The notes beneath the pieces are model-generated. The model was not told the origin of the DNA. It did no database searches and saw only the letters and a program-made list of their open reading frames with translations. A stretch of DNA of 64,000 bases from Trypanosoma brucei (taxonomy: Eukaryota): contig CH464491.1 of NCBI GenBank assembly GCA_000002445.1, positions 3,616,001-3,680,000 of the forward strand, written 5' to 3'. Positions 52,313 to 63,535 of this stretch are shown piece after piece. Each line of letters starts with the position of its first letter. The stretch's first letter is position 1. The position numbers and the translations under genes were made by a program.

Positions 52313-55309
52313 TGTGTATATATGTTTGTGTATATATGTTTGTGTGCATGTTGGGAGGAGTATTAAGTGGAGCATTGGTAAATAACTGTTCGAATGTCAT
52401 CAAAGTTTTTTAGTAAATATTTTCTTTCCCCCCCTTTTGGGAGGAAATTGATGAGTGTTTGAATGATAAAAAAAAAACATATATAAATGTAGTTCTTTGT
52501 TTATTTTTAAAATATGACTGTTTCATTTCTCTCCTCTTCTTCTTTTTTTTTGTTTTGGTGCTTTTGGGGTCGCTGCTATTCTCCAACTTTATCTGAATAA
52601 GATATTTACACATTTATTATATTTACACAGAATCGCGGCGAGTCGGCGTGCACATCTGCGCGCTATGAGATATGCACCACCAGAAGAAAGGGGTGACTTT
52701 TTTTTTTTTTTCTTGTTTCACTTTACTATTTCCTTTCTCGTTTCAATAGGTTTTGTTTTTTTTTTTTTTAAAAAGTTGTTCTTTATTACTGTAACTACCG
52801 TCATCACTATGACATCCCTGTTTCATTTTGTTACGTTTCTGAGTTGTTTTCTTTGTTTCCGTTTCTCCTTGTTACCGCCTTCACAATCATAAAATTTTTT
52901 TTTAAATGTTTACTTTTGCTGTTGTAATTGTTTTCCTTTGATAATTATGTTCGTTACAATCTCGTTGCCATGCTGGTAGGATCCTTTTCTTTTTTTGTGC
53001 TATGTTTTTTTTTCTTTTCGTTTTGTTTTTTGTCTGTTTTTTTTTTAAAATTTATTTATTTACTTCAGACACCCGTTTAGAGATATTTGGTGCTGCCGCA
53101 AGTAAAAGGGCGAAAAGGAAAATTCCCGAATGAGTGCCATAAGTATGAAGGGGAACCAAGTTAACAAATATTTTATTAATATAAACAGGCTCGGGTACAT
53201 AATGAGGGAGGAAGAAAATAACAAATGAAAAAAAAAAATATAGAATGGTAATAATTAGTAAGAAATACGAGAAATGAGTGAGTGATTCGACGGGATGTGT
53301 TTTCAGACGAAATGAAGTGTAAGGGAAGAAAACAAAAATGATAGCACAAGAAAAAACTTTTAAAACAAAAGATTTATTAATTCCCGCATATAAATGTGTG
53401 AAAAATCAAAATAAAGAAGTCTTACTAGGGAAGAAGATGTATTGGTAGGGAAAAAAAAACAAAATAAAACAAAAAGAAGTAAAGCGAGGTGAGGTTGTGA
53501 GGTGGCTTTGTATTATTTCCTTTCCCCTTCTTTCGGATTGCTTTAAATGGAGGGAAGAAAAAGATAAACAAATATAAAGTATTAAAAAAAGGAATGACAA
53601 TGCAAATCAAAATAGTAAATAAATAATTTAAAAAAAAACAAAATAAAATCTCCGGCCTTCACTCTGATGTTTCTGTAAAGATTTAAAGGAATGTGAAGGT
53701 TCAGCTGCTTCGTACAGTGGTAGAAGCGGTGCGCGGTGTGGCATTTTGCTGTTGTGTTGTTTAGGTGCATTTCTTTGTTGTTTTTTTTGTCGTTGGTTTT
53801 TTTTTTTAATTTGGCCCGTCATTTCGTTTCAAATTTATTGACGCTCGATTGTCTCTTTGCTGTGAGATGGAATTATCTGACAACAAACGAGCGCACGCAC
53901 ATTCATGGGTGTCATTCCATCTTTTTTTTTTTCCCCCTTCTGTTCTTTTATTCTGTCTATGTCTTTATGGTTTTCCTATTTTTCCTTTTTTTTTAAAAAA
54001 AGGAACTCGTACATGCTGCTGAAATGTTTGGATATTTGCCTTTCTTTCTTTTTCTTTTAGTTGTCGTGATTACTTTATTTTGGGTGATGCGAAATAATAA
54101 AAGAGGTGATGTGAAAGGGAAGGCAGTGTGTTTGTTTCGATTTTGTTGACGTGTTAAGTTGTGAATGCGTGTGCGGATGAGGCACAGCTCAAAAGCAGAT
54201 ACAAATACACACACACACATATATATATATATATGTATTTGTGTATTTGTATTCACGACAAAGTTGAATAATAATCGGTGAAAATAAAATATTTAATAAT
54301 GACGGCAAGAAAAAAGAAAGAGTGGTGTGTGTATTTGTGTTACTCACAGTGGTCGCGTCAATTTGTTTTCACATTCTTGCCGTTCTTCCGATGCTTTCTT
54401 TGCTTCATCTCATTTCCTGTATCTCTTACGATTTTATATGGTTTCACTTCTTTCGTTTCGTTTCGTTTTGTTTTGCTTTCCCTCTTCAGCTTCTTTTTCT
54501 CTTCTTTGTTTTTTGTTTTTTTTTGTATTATATTTTTATTATCGCTATTCACGAACAAACGTACGCTTATGTTTTTTCTTTTTTTTTTTTTAACAAAATT
54601 TTATTGCGTTCGTAGTTTCATATTTGTAGTTATGTTCGCCATGTGGGAGTGAGGTAACTTTCCCCCTTCTTATCAGCTTTCACCTTCCAGCTTTTTTTTG
54701 TTTTTCCCTTTCTTTTTTTTCCATTAAGATTTTTAAATATGATACCGAAGCGTTATGTTTCGTTGGGCATGTTGTGAACCCGAAAGGTTTGTACATGATC
54801 TTGTTTTGCTTTCTATTTTTCATGTATATTATCGCACTGCCCTTTTACTCCTTTTTGCGATATTTTTCTTCCCATACAACGCTCCTTGCGCGCATTAGGC
54901 CTTTCTTCATCACTTTCATTCCTTTTCATGTTTCTTTATATATATATATATATTTATTTATTTATTTTCCCTCCCGCAACCTCGCTTCCTTCCTTTTTTT
55001 TTACTCTTCCATGTTCCTGAACAAAATGCAAAGGAGTGCTACCCGTCTGTTTTCAACACTTTTATGCAGGACGCTGCGGTCGAATCTGCTCACTTATTTT
55101 CTTTTTTTTTTACTTTTTTACATTCACTCGTTATTCCGTATGATGTGTTATTATATTTTATTATAATATTTTTTTTTGTTGTTGTTGTTACCGCTGTTGA
55201 TATCTTTATTATGCTATACCGTATGACTCTATCTGTGTGTTTGCCCCCGTGCCTTCCGGTGCTCCATAATATTTCTGTTTGTTACTCCCCCTCTATCCGA
55301 ATATTAACT

Positions 55310-55342
55310 TCATTATTATTATTATTATTATTATTATTGCTT
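55310..55342. repeat. (ATT)n microsatellite
   Basis: The sequence reads attattattattattattattattattg. Confidence 0.9.
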
Positions 55343-55679
55343 TTTTTTGTCGTTAAATACAGGAAGAATTGTGAAGTAGGCGGATTTCAATTATTACTAA
55401 TATTAATATTATTATTTTTGCTCATTTCAGAGGTGTGCATATAAATAAGGTGAAAGCACAAAACAGACAAAGAAAAATAAATAAATAAAGAATTAGGGAG
55501 AGAGTGGGTGACTCCGGCATTCAAACCTACACAGACAAAGTAAAAGCAAAAAGAATAAAAAGGAGAGAGAAGGAGGAAAAAAAAACAAATCTAAGCAGAA
55601 ACCAAAAGACTACGAAGAATCCATAGGGGAAGAGAAGAAAAGAGCAAATAAAAGGAAAAGAAAATAAAAGAGAAAGATA

Positions 55680-57122
55680 ATGCAAGGCGCATACGGAGGC
55701 CGCGGTCGTGGGATGGCACGTGGTCGTGGGGGAGGCGGTGGCTTTGATTCCTCAAGAGGCGCAGGCCGACACCCTTATATGACAAGTAATGTTCCAACGG
55801 ACACTTTATGTGTACGCATTACGGAGGTCCGCCAACCCGTCACAGAGGATATGATGTTTCGCGTGTTTGCCAGCATTTCAACTAACCCGCGCCGGATACA
55901 AATTGCTCCCTCTTCCGATCCCAATGAAACAGTTGTCATGGCGCAATTCTCTGATACATACGCAACGCAGCGGGTGATGGAGAACTTAAACAACCGTAAC
56001 ATATTCAATGATGGTAACAAGATGATGATGACTTATTCGGCGTGGGAGCCAACGCCTGTGCTGCCGGCGCCGGTACCGCCAGTTCCCGTCTACGGTGGTG
56101 CAGCACCAGTTTACGGTGGTGTTCAGGTGAACCCAGGCGTGGCTTTTCCACAACCTCAGGTACATCAACCGCAACCCGGAGTGTATGCCCAGCCTCGACA
56201 GCAACCGATGCCACAAATGCCCATGGCAGCTTCGGTACCTCCGATGAGACTCGGAAACGATCAACAGGGCGGACGAAACAACCGCGGGCGTGGGCGGAAT
56301 GGATCTCGAGGTGGTGCAGCGGGTGCGGTGCCCCCTGGCATGATGGGTTTTGATCCAATGATGATGGGATACCCGGCAATGGCTTCCATAATGCAAATGC
56401 CTGGTGGGATGATGGCTTTTATGAACCAGCAGAGGCCGCCACAGAATTCCCCAACCGTTTTTCTCAGCGTAACAATAGTTCCAGAGTCCGAACCACTGCA
56501 TTCTATCTTTGTTCTTATTGAAGTGTACGGCGGGGTCGTAACCATCCGCCGCAACCACAACAGGAAGGAAATTCTTACGGTGAAGATGGCTTCCGTGCCC
56601 GAGGCGGACAGCGTCGTACAATTCTTGAGGAAGGTCCCCTTTGCTGGCGGTACTGTCAGTGCTAAACGGTTCCCCACTTACACTGAGCGTACACCATGCA
56701 CAGATGATGGCAACCCTCATGACAGTGCAACAGTTCAGTACGATTTCACAACGGCTCGCCATCGCAGCCCCGGACAGCGCAGCAGATGCCATCCATCAAG
56801 TGTGTTGAAGGTAACTGGATGCGGCGGCTACTCGGAAGCGGACGTGATGACGTATTTTACAAGTGAGAATTTCTACCCGGACCGCATCATCAAAGACGAC
56901 GAGGGATCCTTCACTGTATACATGGCTGATGTCGAAACGGCCGTCGCACTACTACTGAAGTGCCACAACAATGTTTGCGGGGAGGAACGCTCAAACGTTC
57001 TCTTCATTGAGGGGCCGAGGGATACAACAACCTCCGCCACAGCGGCCAACAATGCTTCTGCTTCCGGCAGTGCAGTGGCAGAGAATGTAAATGAAGGTGC
57101 TGGGGAAAATGGTTCAGCATAA
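55680..57122 (+). CDS. PTB-like RRM RNA-binding protein (paralog 1) with N-terminal RGG/Gly-Arg-rich and Pro/Gln/Met-rich low-complexity regions
   Basis: The N-terminus is GGRGRGMARGRGGGGGFDSSRGAG. RRM-like blocks LCVRITEVRQPVTEDMMFRVFA and VFLSVTIVPESEPLHSIFVLIEVYGGVVTIRR are collinear with the VVIVNSVPETVALHSLWVLLEVYGNVNSLKR block of the downstream gene. Confidence 0.65.
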   Translation: MQGAYGGRGRGMARGRGGGGGFDSSRGAGRHPYMTSNVPTDTLCVRITEVRQPVTEDMMFRVFASISTNPRRIQIAPSSDPNETVVMAQFSDTYATQRVMENLNNRNIFNDGNKMMMTYSAWEPTPVLPAPVPPVPVYGGAAPVYGGVQVNPGVAFPQPQVHQPQPGVYAQPRQQPMPQMPMAASVPPMRLGNDQQGGRNNRGRGRNGSRGGAAGAVPPGMMGFDPMMMGYPAMASIMQMPGGMMAFMNQQRPPQNSPTVFLSVTIVPESEPLHSIFVLIEVYGGVVTIRRNHNRKEILTVKMASVPEADSVVQFLRKVPFAGGTVSAKRFPTYTERTPCTDDGNPHDSATVQYDFTTARHRSPGQRSRCHPSSVLKVTGCGGYSEADVMTYFTSENFYPDRIIKDDEGSFTVYMADVETAVALLLKCHNNVCGEERSNVLFIEGPRDTTTSATAANNASASGSAVAENVNEGAGENGSA

Positions 57123-58488
57123 AATACCTGAGCATTGGGTATATGCATGTGAAACGGCGGCAGAGGAAGTTGTGAATGAATGCTAATCTGCAGTATTTAT
57201 CAGAAGATTCTTGCGTTATGAAGTTGCGGGTGTGGGAAAGGATAGGGGGAATATGGGTTAAACAACCGAGTAGAAAAGGAAAGGTACCAATCACATGAAG
57301 TCGGCGGTAGTTGTAGTGGCGGTGGCTGTGGCGCGTGCGTGTGTGTTTGTGTGTATGTCTGTTGGAGAGAAATATGTTTGCGCGCGCCCACACATATGCT
57401 TTAAAAAAAAAAAAAATAATAATGATGATAAAAAGTGCCAAAAGGAAACACTGACATTGAATGAAAAGGTACGAAAAAAGGGGGTGATCCCGGGATTTCG
57501 ATGTTCGTGTGGAGGTCAATGTTGCGTTTAAGTGGAAAAGGGGAAGAGGCGGATGGAGTAAAGACCCTAGCATGTGAACGCGCAGAGAGCGTCCGTAGCA
57601 AATATTCAGCATTCCACTGTTGGTATTGAACGCCCTACCGCTGCACGGTGCGGTTTCTTTACGTCTGTACCTCACGGGAGCTGAGAGGTGGCCGTTTACA
57701 ATATCTATAAAAGAAGATGGAGAAGAAGAAGGATGAAGAAAAGAAATTCAAGTTAATTCCAGGTTCTGGGTGAGCTGCACATTTCTTCTCACCGCTCGGG
57801 AAAATGTGAGACGTGTTGTTGCCACGTTATTGTGGGTAATGCGAGGAAGGAACAAAAAGAAAAATATAACATCAATAATATAAGACAATTTTTTTTTTCC
57901 CCTTTGCACATGTATTTCGTTGTTGTTGTTCTTCTTATCTTTCCATTATATATGCCATTGCTTGGACACCCCTCCATCTCACACGTTGTTCGCCCCACTT
58001 GTAGCTCAGCGCGCGTGTGTGTGAGAGGTGGAAGTACATGCGAGATGCTACTGTTTTCATTTTTGATTTTGTTTGTTGATTGCCCCTTGACCCAGTTTTC
58101 ACTCCTTTTTCTTCCTTCTTTAATTCATTTTTCTTTCTTTACATATATGCGCATACACGTATGCTTTTATTCGTTTGGAGCTTTGCATCTTTATGCCTTC
58201 CTGTGCATTTCTCCGTAACCCCAACGCCTGCCTGATGCTGAAAGACCTTGTCATATTTATTTTAGGACAACGTGGAATCGCTCATATATCATCTCCAACA
58301 GTACCTCTCCAAAAACAAAAATATTTGTTTTCTTTGTCTGTGAGGGATGAAGGAGATGGGTGTAAAGGGTGAAGGAGGATATGAGCGTTCCTCTTTTGCG
58401 TGTGGACCTTTTATCTGTAACTTTTACGGATTCGGCGGCGGGGCATCTGAAAGGCTTATTGGATGGAGTTGTTGCAAGGGCTTCGCGC

Positions 58489-58527
58489 ATTTATTTTTAT
58501 TTTTATTTTTTATTTTTTATTTTTATA
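58489..58527. repeat. (ATTTTT)n-like minisatellite
   Basis: The sequence reads atttatttttatttttattttttattttttatttttatag. Confidence 0.8.
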
Positions 58528-58844
58528 GGGAATCAACACAAAACCGACGGTTCATTTACTGTTGTTATTATTATTTTTTTGATTGTTTTCTGACTTGAAC
58601 CCTAGCATGAAGTGGAATTTGATTGCACAGATGGGAGTTTGTGAATTCGCATCGTTGATACCTATATATATATATGTGTGTATTATTGTTATTTCGTTTA
58701 CAGTTTGGCCGCCGTCGTGTCTTCGGTTGAGTCAGTCACAGTTACCACTTCTTGTGTGTTATTGACTGTTTGTCCACTCGTACGTGTATCCTCATTTATC
58801 ATATGGAGTTTGGCGGCTACATTACAAACAAACACGCAAGCGTA

Positions 58845-58866
58845 TATATATATATATATATATATG
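58845..58866. repeat. (TA)n microsatellite
   Basis: The sequence reads gtatatatatatatatatatatatatg. Confidence 0.85.
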
Positions 58867-60721
58867 TGGGTATGCACGCATGGTTTTGGTGTGTGTGCAT
58901 TGCTATTGTTTGTTGTTACGTCCCGAGCAATGTGAAAGGAAGGGCGATATGCCCTTTTCTCCCTTTATTAAGCGTATATATTTCAATGAATACCAACATC
59001 CGCAACGAAATAAATAAATAAAGACGAGAAAATGACACCTGCACATACACACAAACGAAACCAGAATTTATGTACTTTCATATTTAGTAGTTCTCTCTTT
59101 CCTTCATGTCTCCTTGGATACCATTGGAGAGTTTGTAAGGTTTTGTGATAGAGGTGTGTGTATGTGTGGGAGAATGGGGAAAGGAGGGAGTTGGGCAGGA
59201 GGTGTCAACTGTTGACGGGGCTTCTGCACGCTCAGAAAGAATAGAAACTCGCGCATTATTCTCTACGCATTTTACTTTAATGATGTTTAACCTGCTGCTG
59301 CCAACTGCTTGTATAACGCTGAGGAGGAGGAGGAGGAGCTGCCCCTTGCGTGTACATAATTACTTCTTGTTTCACTTTCCCCCCTCTGTTACACATATAT
59401 GCTGCATATTGTTACACATATATGTGTATTTACTGTCAGTCTTGCATTTGCGCTTGAATGTTTGTCACTTATGTGACTTCTGTACGTCTGCTCCTTTCCT
59501 GCGCATGTGTTGGTGTCAAAACACACAAACACAGCTTTGACTTGTCACTTCGTTGCGTTTTCCGTGCCGTTATCAATTATTGGCAGTCACCAACGAGAGG
59601 GATATTCGTCGTGATGCGAAGCTGCGTGAGGAGTAAGATTCCTTACATGATGATGATACAATGAACGGGTTACTATTGCCAACTGCTTGGGTATTCGACA
59701 TCTTGGGATCGCATGATTAAGCCCACCATTTATGGGGCATGTTTTTTTTTTCTTGTTATTCTTAATTAAACGGTTGTCTTCATTATGTTGACATGTATGC
59801 GGGGAGGGTTAGGCGGTTGTTTTGGCACCACGCCAACCATCAGTGTTTTAACCAACCTCTTTTCTATTTTTTTGTTTTCTTCCCCGTTTCTTTGGATCCT
59901 TCTACAAAGTGCGGTTGTAATGGACACACGAAATTATCAGTTCTAGTTCTGTCTTTGCTATTGGTTTTGTTCCTTCCTTACTTTCTCTGTTCTCCTGATT
60001 GCTCATGTTGCCCTCTTTTTTTTTTTTGTTTGAGGTGTTGGAACTGCCTTCTTGGGCTTTGCGTAAACAATTGTTCATTCCTGCGACTCTCCCTCTTTAT
60101 GTAGATGCCGACTGCACCTTTCGTGTCTCCTAAGCGCCACTTTCTTGCATTTGTGAGTTGGAGCAATTGAAGGCTGTGAAGGGCATTACTTGGGGGAACT
60201 GTCCACTTAAATTAAGCAAAGGCCTCGATGGGGTTCCGCACATGTACCGTTGGTTTATTTTAATTTTAATTTTTCTCATTGCTGCTGTTTTCGATCATTT
60301 CCCTCTCCTGTCTTCGCCATATGCGCTGCTGTGTTTCTTGCCTGGTCCTTCCCCCGCGCTAAATGCATATTTCTCATCCATTTCTCTTTCCTTCTTATTT
60401 CTTTGACAACCTTGGGCAAAAAGTTTCTTTACTTGGGATGTATTATTTACTTGTTTTTGTCGTTACTCTCATTACTATTAAGTATGGAAATATGGGACAG
60501 GTGAAGCCGTGAGTGGAATAATTGTCACGCGTGCACATCCTTTCAAAAGAAACCCGGGAAAACAAAAAGTCGCAAAGGGCAGATGATTAAGCGGAAACAA
60601 AAATGTTGTGATTGAAGGAATGGCATTGCCAATCATGGTATTACATATTCTTTTTTTTTCTGTTTGCTCTCTCCCCCTTTTTTTATTTCATACATGCGTA
60701 TGCATATTCAAATGTGTATAT

Positions 60722-60742
60722 GTGTTTGTGTGTGTGTGTGTG
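60722..60742. repeat. (GT)n microsatellite
   Basis: The sequence reads tgtgtgtgtgtgtgtgtgtgtac. Confidence 0.85.
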
Positions 60743-62017
60743 TACATTTGCTATTATATTTGAATGTGTTATGAATACTTACAATTGCGCCTCTCGGTGG
60801 GGACCCTTAACTTGAAGATTACCTTTTCCGCGTTTATGCCTTACTTTATTTACCCGCGCACGCGAAACAATAACGCAATCAAATCGCTGTCGCGTTTGTT
60901 TAATGCGTTCTTTTTGTTTGCGTTTTTTTTTCATGTTGGTGAACACAACTGCACCAAACTGATGAATACACCAACACCAACAACTAACGACCAACAACAA
61001 ATACAACAAAAATAAGAAAAATTTAATTGCAACAACAATAAGCGATACCAGCAGCAGCAACACAAAATAATAAGAAATTAAAACGAAAGAAGATTAATAA
61101 TAAACCAAGTTCAAACACAAACACACACAAATATATAAGAAGGAAAAAAAAAATCAAATTAAACAGTCAAGAACGAAATATAGGTGGAGAGCAACAGAAC
61201 AAAAACAAGACCAATACAACAGGATAAGAGAGCCGATCAGCAAGTCGTGCTGTTATTAAGGTGGTGAACAGACCGAAATTAAAACAAAAAAAGGGGGAAA
61301 AAGGAGTGCGAGAGAAGCGGGAAAAGAAAAAAAAAGCAACAACTGAATACCTCCTTATTTTTCGTTGGCTCAAATCCCTTAGGCGCAGCGTTGAAACTCT
61401 TCCATTTTTTTTAGTGGGGAGTGAAGGATTTTATACGGGGAACAGGCGGGGCGAAACAAGGCGAAACACTACTGCTGGAGGAATAGTCAGAAGAAAAAAG
61501 GAAGATAAGAACAAACAAACAAAACAAAACAAATCAACACCAAAGAGGAAATCAAGGAAGGAGAGCAGGGAAGAGGTGTGAAGAGGAGTGGACGCGGCAG
61601 GGCAGTGCTACCAACCGCAGCGGAGTGAACAAATAAAGGCTCTTGGGGCTTTTTTTTTGTTCCTTTTGTTTGTCTTTGTTCCTTGTATTACTCTGAACGG
61701 GTGTGATCTGTGAAGGAAGTAAATAATAAAAAGAACGGTAAAAGGAATACGAGGTAACGAGGAAAAGAGCGATTTAAAGCGGGGTTCTTGGGAACGGCTG
61801 GCATTCATCGAGGAAGTCTAAAGAAAACAAAAGCAAAAAGAAGACAACAGAAGGAAGCATCACCAGCAGACGGTTTCTTTGTGATCTGATACTTTTGTGC
61901 GGGCCCGGAAGAGAGCGCACAATAACCAGTGAGAAAGTTAGGGAGAGGTTTGCTTTTGAGGGTAGAAGAAAGAACAAAAAGCTCGAAAAGAGTTAAATTA
62001 ATAAAGATTTATACAAA

Positions 62018-63535
62018 ATGCAAACCTGTCTTTTGAGTAACATTCCTCCCTGTACCGAGGATGAACTCAAACGTGGTTTGCTTGCGTATGGCACGACTGT
62101 CAGCACAGTGGTTGTTCCTCATATGCGGCAGGCAGCCGTGACGATGCGTACTGCCCAAGAAGCGCAGGCGCTCCTTCAGAGGGGATGCATCAGTTTATTT
62201 GGTCAGACTGTAAAAGTGGAACCAGCGGCAAGTCCTGCTGTTCCATACGGTGCCGGTGGCATTTCTGCTGGCGGAATGAATAACCATTTAGGTGGTGCTC
62301 GGATTAATGTTGTGGTGGAGAAGTGTACCTATCCCGTCACAAAGGAGGTATTGTCACAAGTTTTCAGCATGGTGGCTCCTCCTGCCAACGTCGTGTGCGG
62401 CCCATCAGGCCCCACAACAAATGGGTGGGTTGATTACAACGATATCGCTACTGCCCAGCGAGTTGTGGTACAATTGAATAATAACTCAATCTATCCCGAC
62501 TGTTGCTTCATGACACTAACGCTCGAGCATATGGGGAGCACGCCCCGCGGGATGGGGGAGTATGGCTCACAGGGTCACATGCCTTATCATCCTCAGCAAC
62601 CACAACACCAGAATATTCACCAAAACCAGCAAATGTCCCAACAGCAGTTGCAGGCAATGCCTTTTGGTAACAATGGCTTTAATGCGGCGTCAGCTCGTGG
62701 TGGCCGCGGAATTCGTGGGCGAGCCCGAGGGCGCGGGGCGATGGGTGGTCGGGGTGGACCGGTTTACGGCTCGGGATACCCCATGCAGCATGCGCCGTAC
62801 GCACCAGGGCAATATGGAGCACCTCCTGTGGATTCTGTAGTGATTGTCAACAGTGTCCCTGAAACAGTGGCGTTGCACAGTTTATGGGTTTTGCTTGAGG
62901 TTTACGGCAATGTTAACTCCCTTAAGCGACAATTCAGCTCCAAGACATCCGTGATTGCACACTTCCAAAATGTGCACGATGCCCGCCTTGCCGTGCAGCA
63001 CCTTCAGGGTTGTCCGTTCCACGGTGCCACGTTGACGTTAAGGCACTTTGCAGGTTATGTGGAACGCGGTGGGAAAACTGAGTGGAACAGCGGCCCGGCA
63101 ACGGATCCTGCAACACAGGCAGTGCTCTTCTCCTGTGGGTATCACCACCGTACACGACCAACAGCTTCTTTCAATCCCACAGGACGCGTCCGACCGGGGA
63201 GGTATTTGTTTGTCTCAAACCTTACGGAGGCCATTACAGACGATGACCTAAAGGATGTCTTCACCAACGAGTGTTTTGAGTTGGATGGGTATTACCGAAA
63301 GAGCCCCACTGTCGCAATCGTTAGTCTCAAAGATGTGGAGACTGCCGTGAACGCCCTCATCGCCGTGCATTCTCATCAACTTAAGGAGCGCTTCCTCCGC
63401 GTCACGTTTTCTCACTTCCCCCCGGCTCCACGCAGTGGCACTGAGGAGGAAGTAGAACAAGCACTGGCGGCTACAGAGGCGGAGGCAGCTGAAGTGAGGG
63501 AAGATGTGGAACCACAGGACGAACAGAATGAGTGA
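62018..63535 (+). CDS. Polypyrimidine-tract-binding-protein-like RRM protein (paralog 2; DRBD/PTB family)
   Basis: INVVVEKCTYPVTKEVLSQVFS...NSIYPDCCFMTLTLEH parallels PTB RRM2 (LRIIVENLFYPVTLDVLHQIFS...QNIYNACCTLRIDFSK). There are four RRM-like blocks, a Gln/His-rich and RG-rich linker, and an acidic C-terminus. Confidence 0.75.
   Translation: MQTCLLSNIPPCTEDELKRGLLAYGTTVSTVVVPHMRQAAVTMRTAQEAQALLQRGCISLFGQTVKVEPAASPAVPYGAGGISAGGMNNHLGGARINVVVEKCTYPVTKEVLSQVFSMVAPPANVVCGPSGPTTNGWVDYNDIATAQRVVVQLNNNSIYPDCCFMTLTLEHMGSTPRGMGEYGSQGHMPYHPQQPQHQNIHQNQQMSQQQLQAMPFGNNGFNAASARGGRGIRGRARGRGAMGGRGGPVYGSGYPMQHAPYAPGQYGAPPVDSVVIVNSVPETVALHSLWVLLEVYGNVNSLKRQFSSKTSVIAHFQNVHDARLAVQHLQGCPFHGATLTLRHFAGYVERGGKTEWNSGPATDPATQAVLFSCGYHHRTRPTASFNPTGRVRPGRYLFVSNLTEAITDDDLKDVFTNECFELDGYYRKSPTVAIVSLKDVETAVNALIAVHSHQLKERFLRVTFSHFPPAPRSGTEEEVEQALAATEAEAAEVREDVEPQDEQNE

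Noticed and set aside
55986-56792. A 268-aa minus-strand ORF, with a nested 124-aa ORF, antisense to the PTB-like gene
   Set aside because: It lies entirely inside the Pro/Gln/Gly/Met-rich region of a motif-supported + strand CDS. GC-rich repetitive coding routinely leaves antisense frames open.
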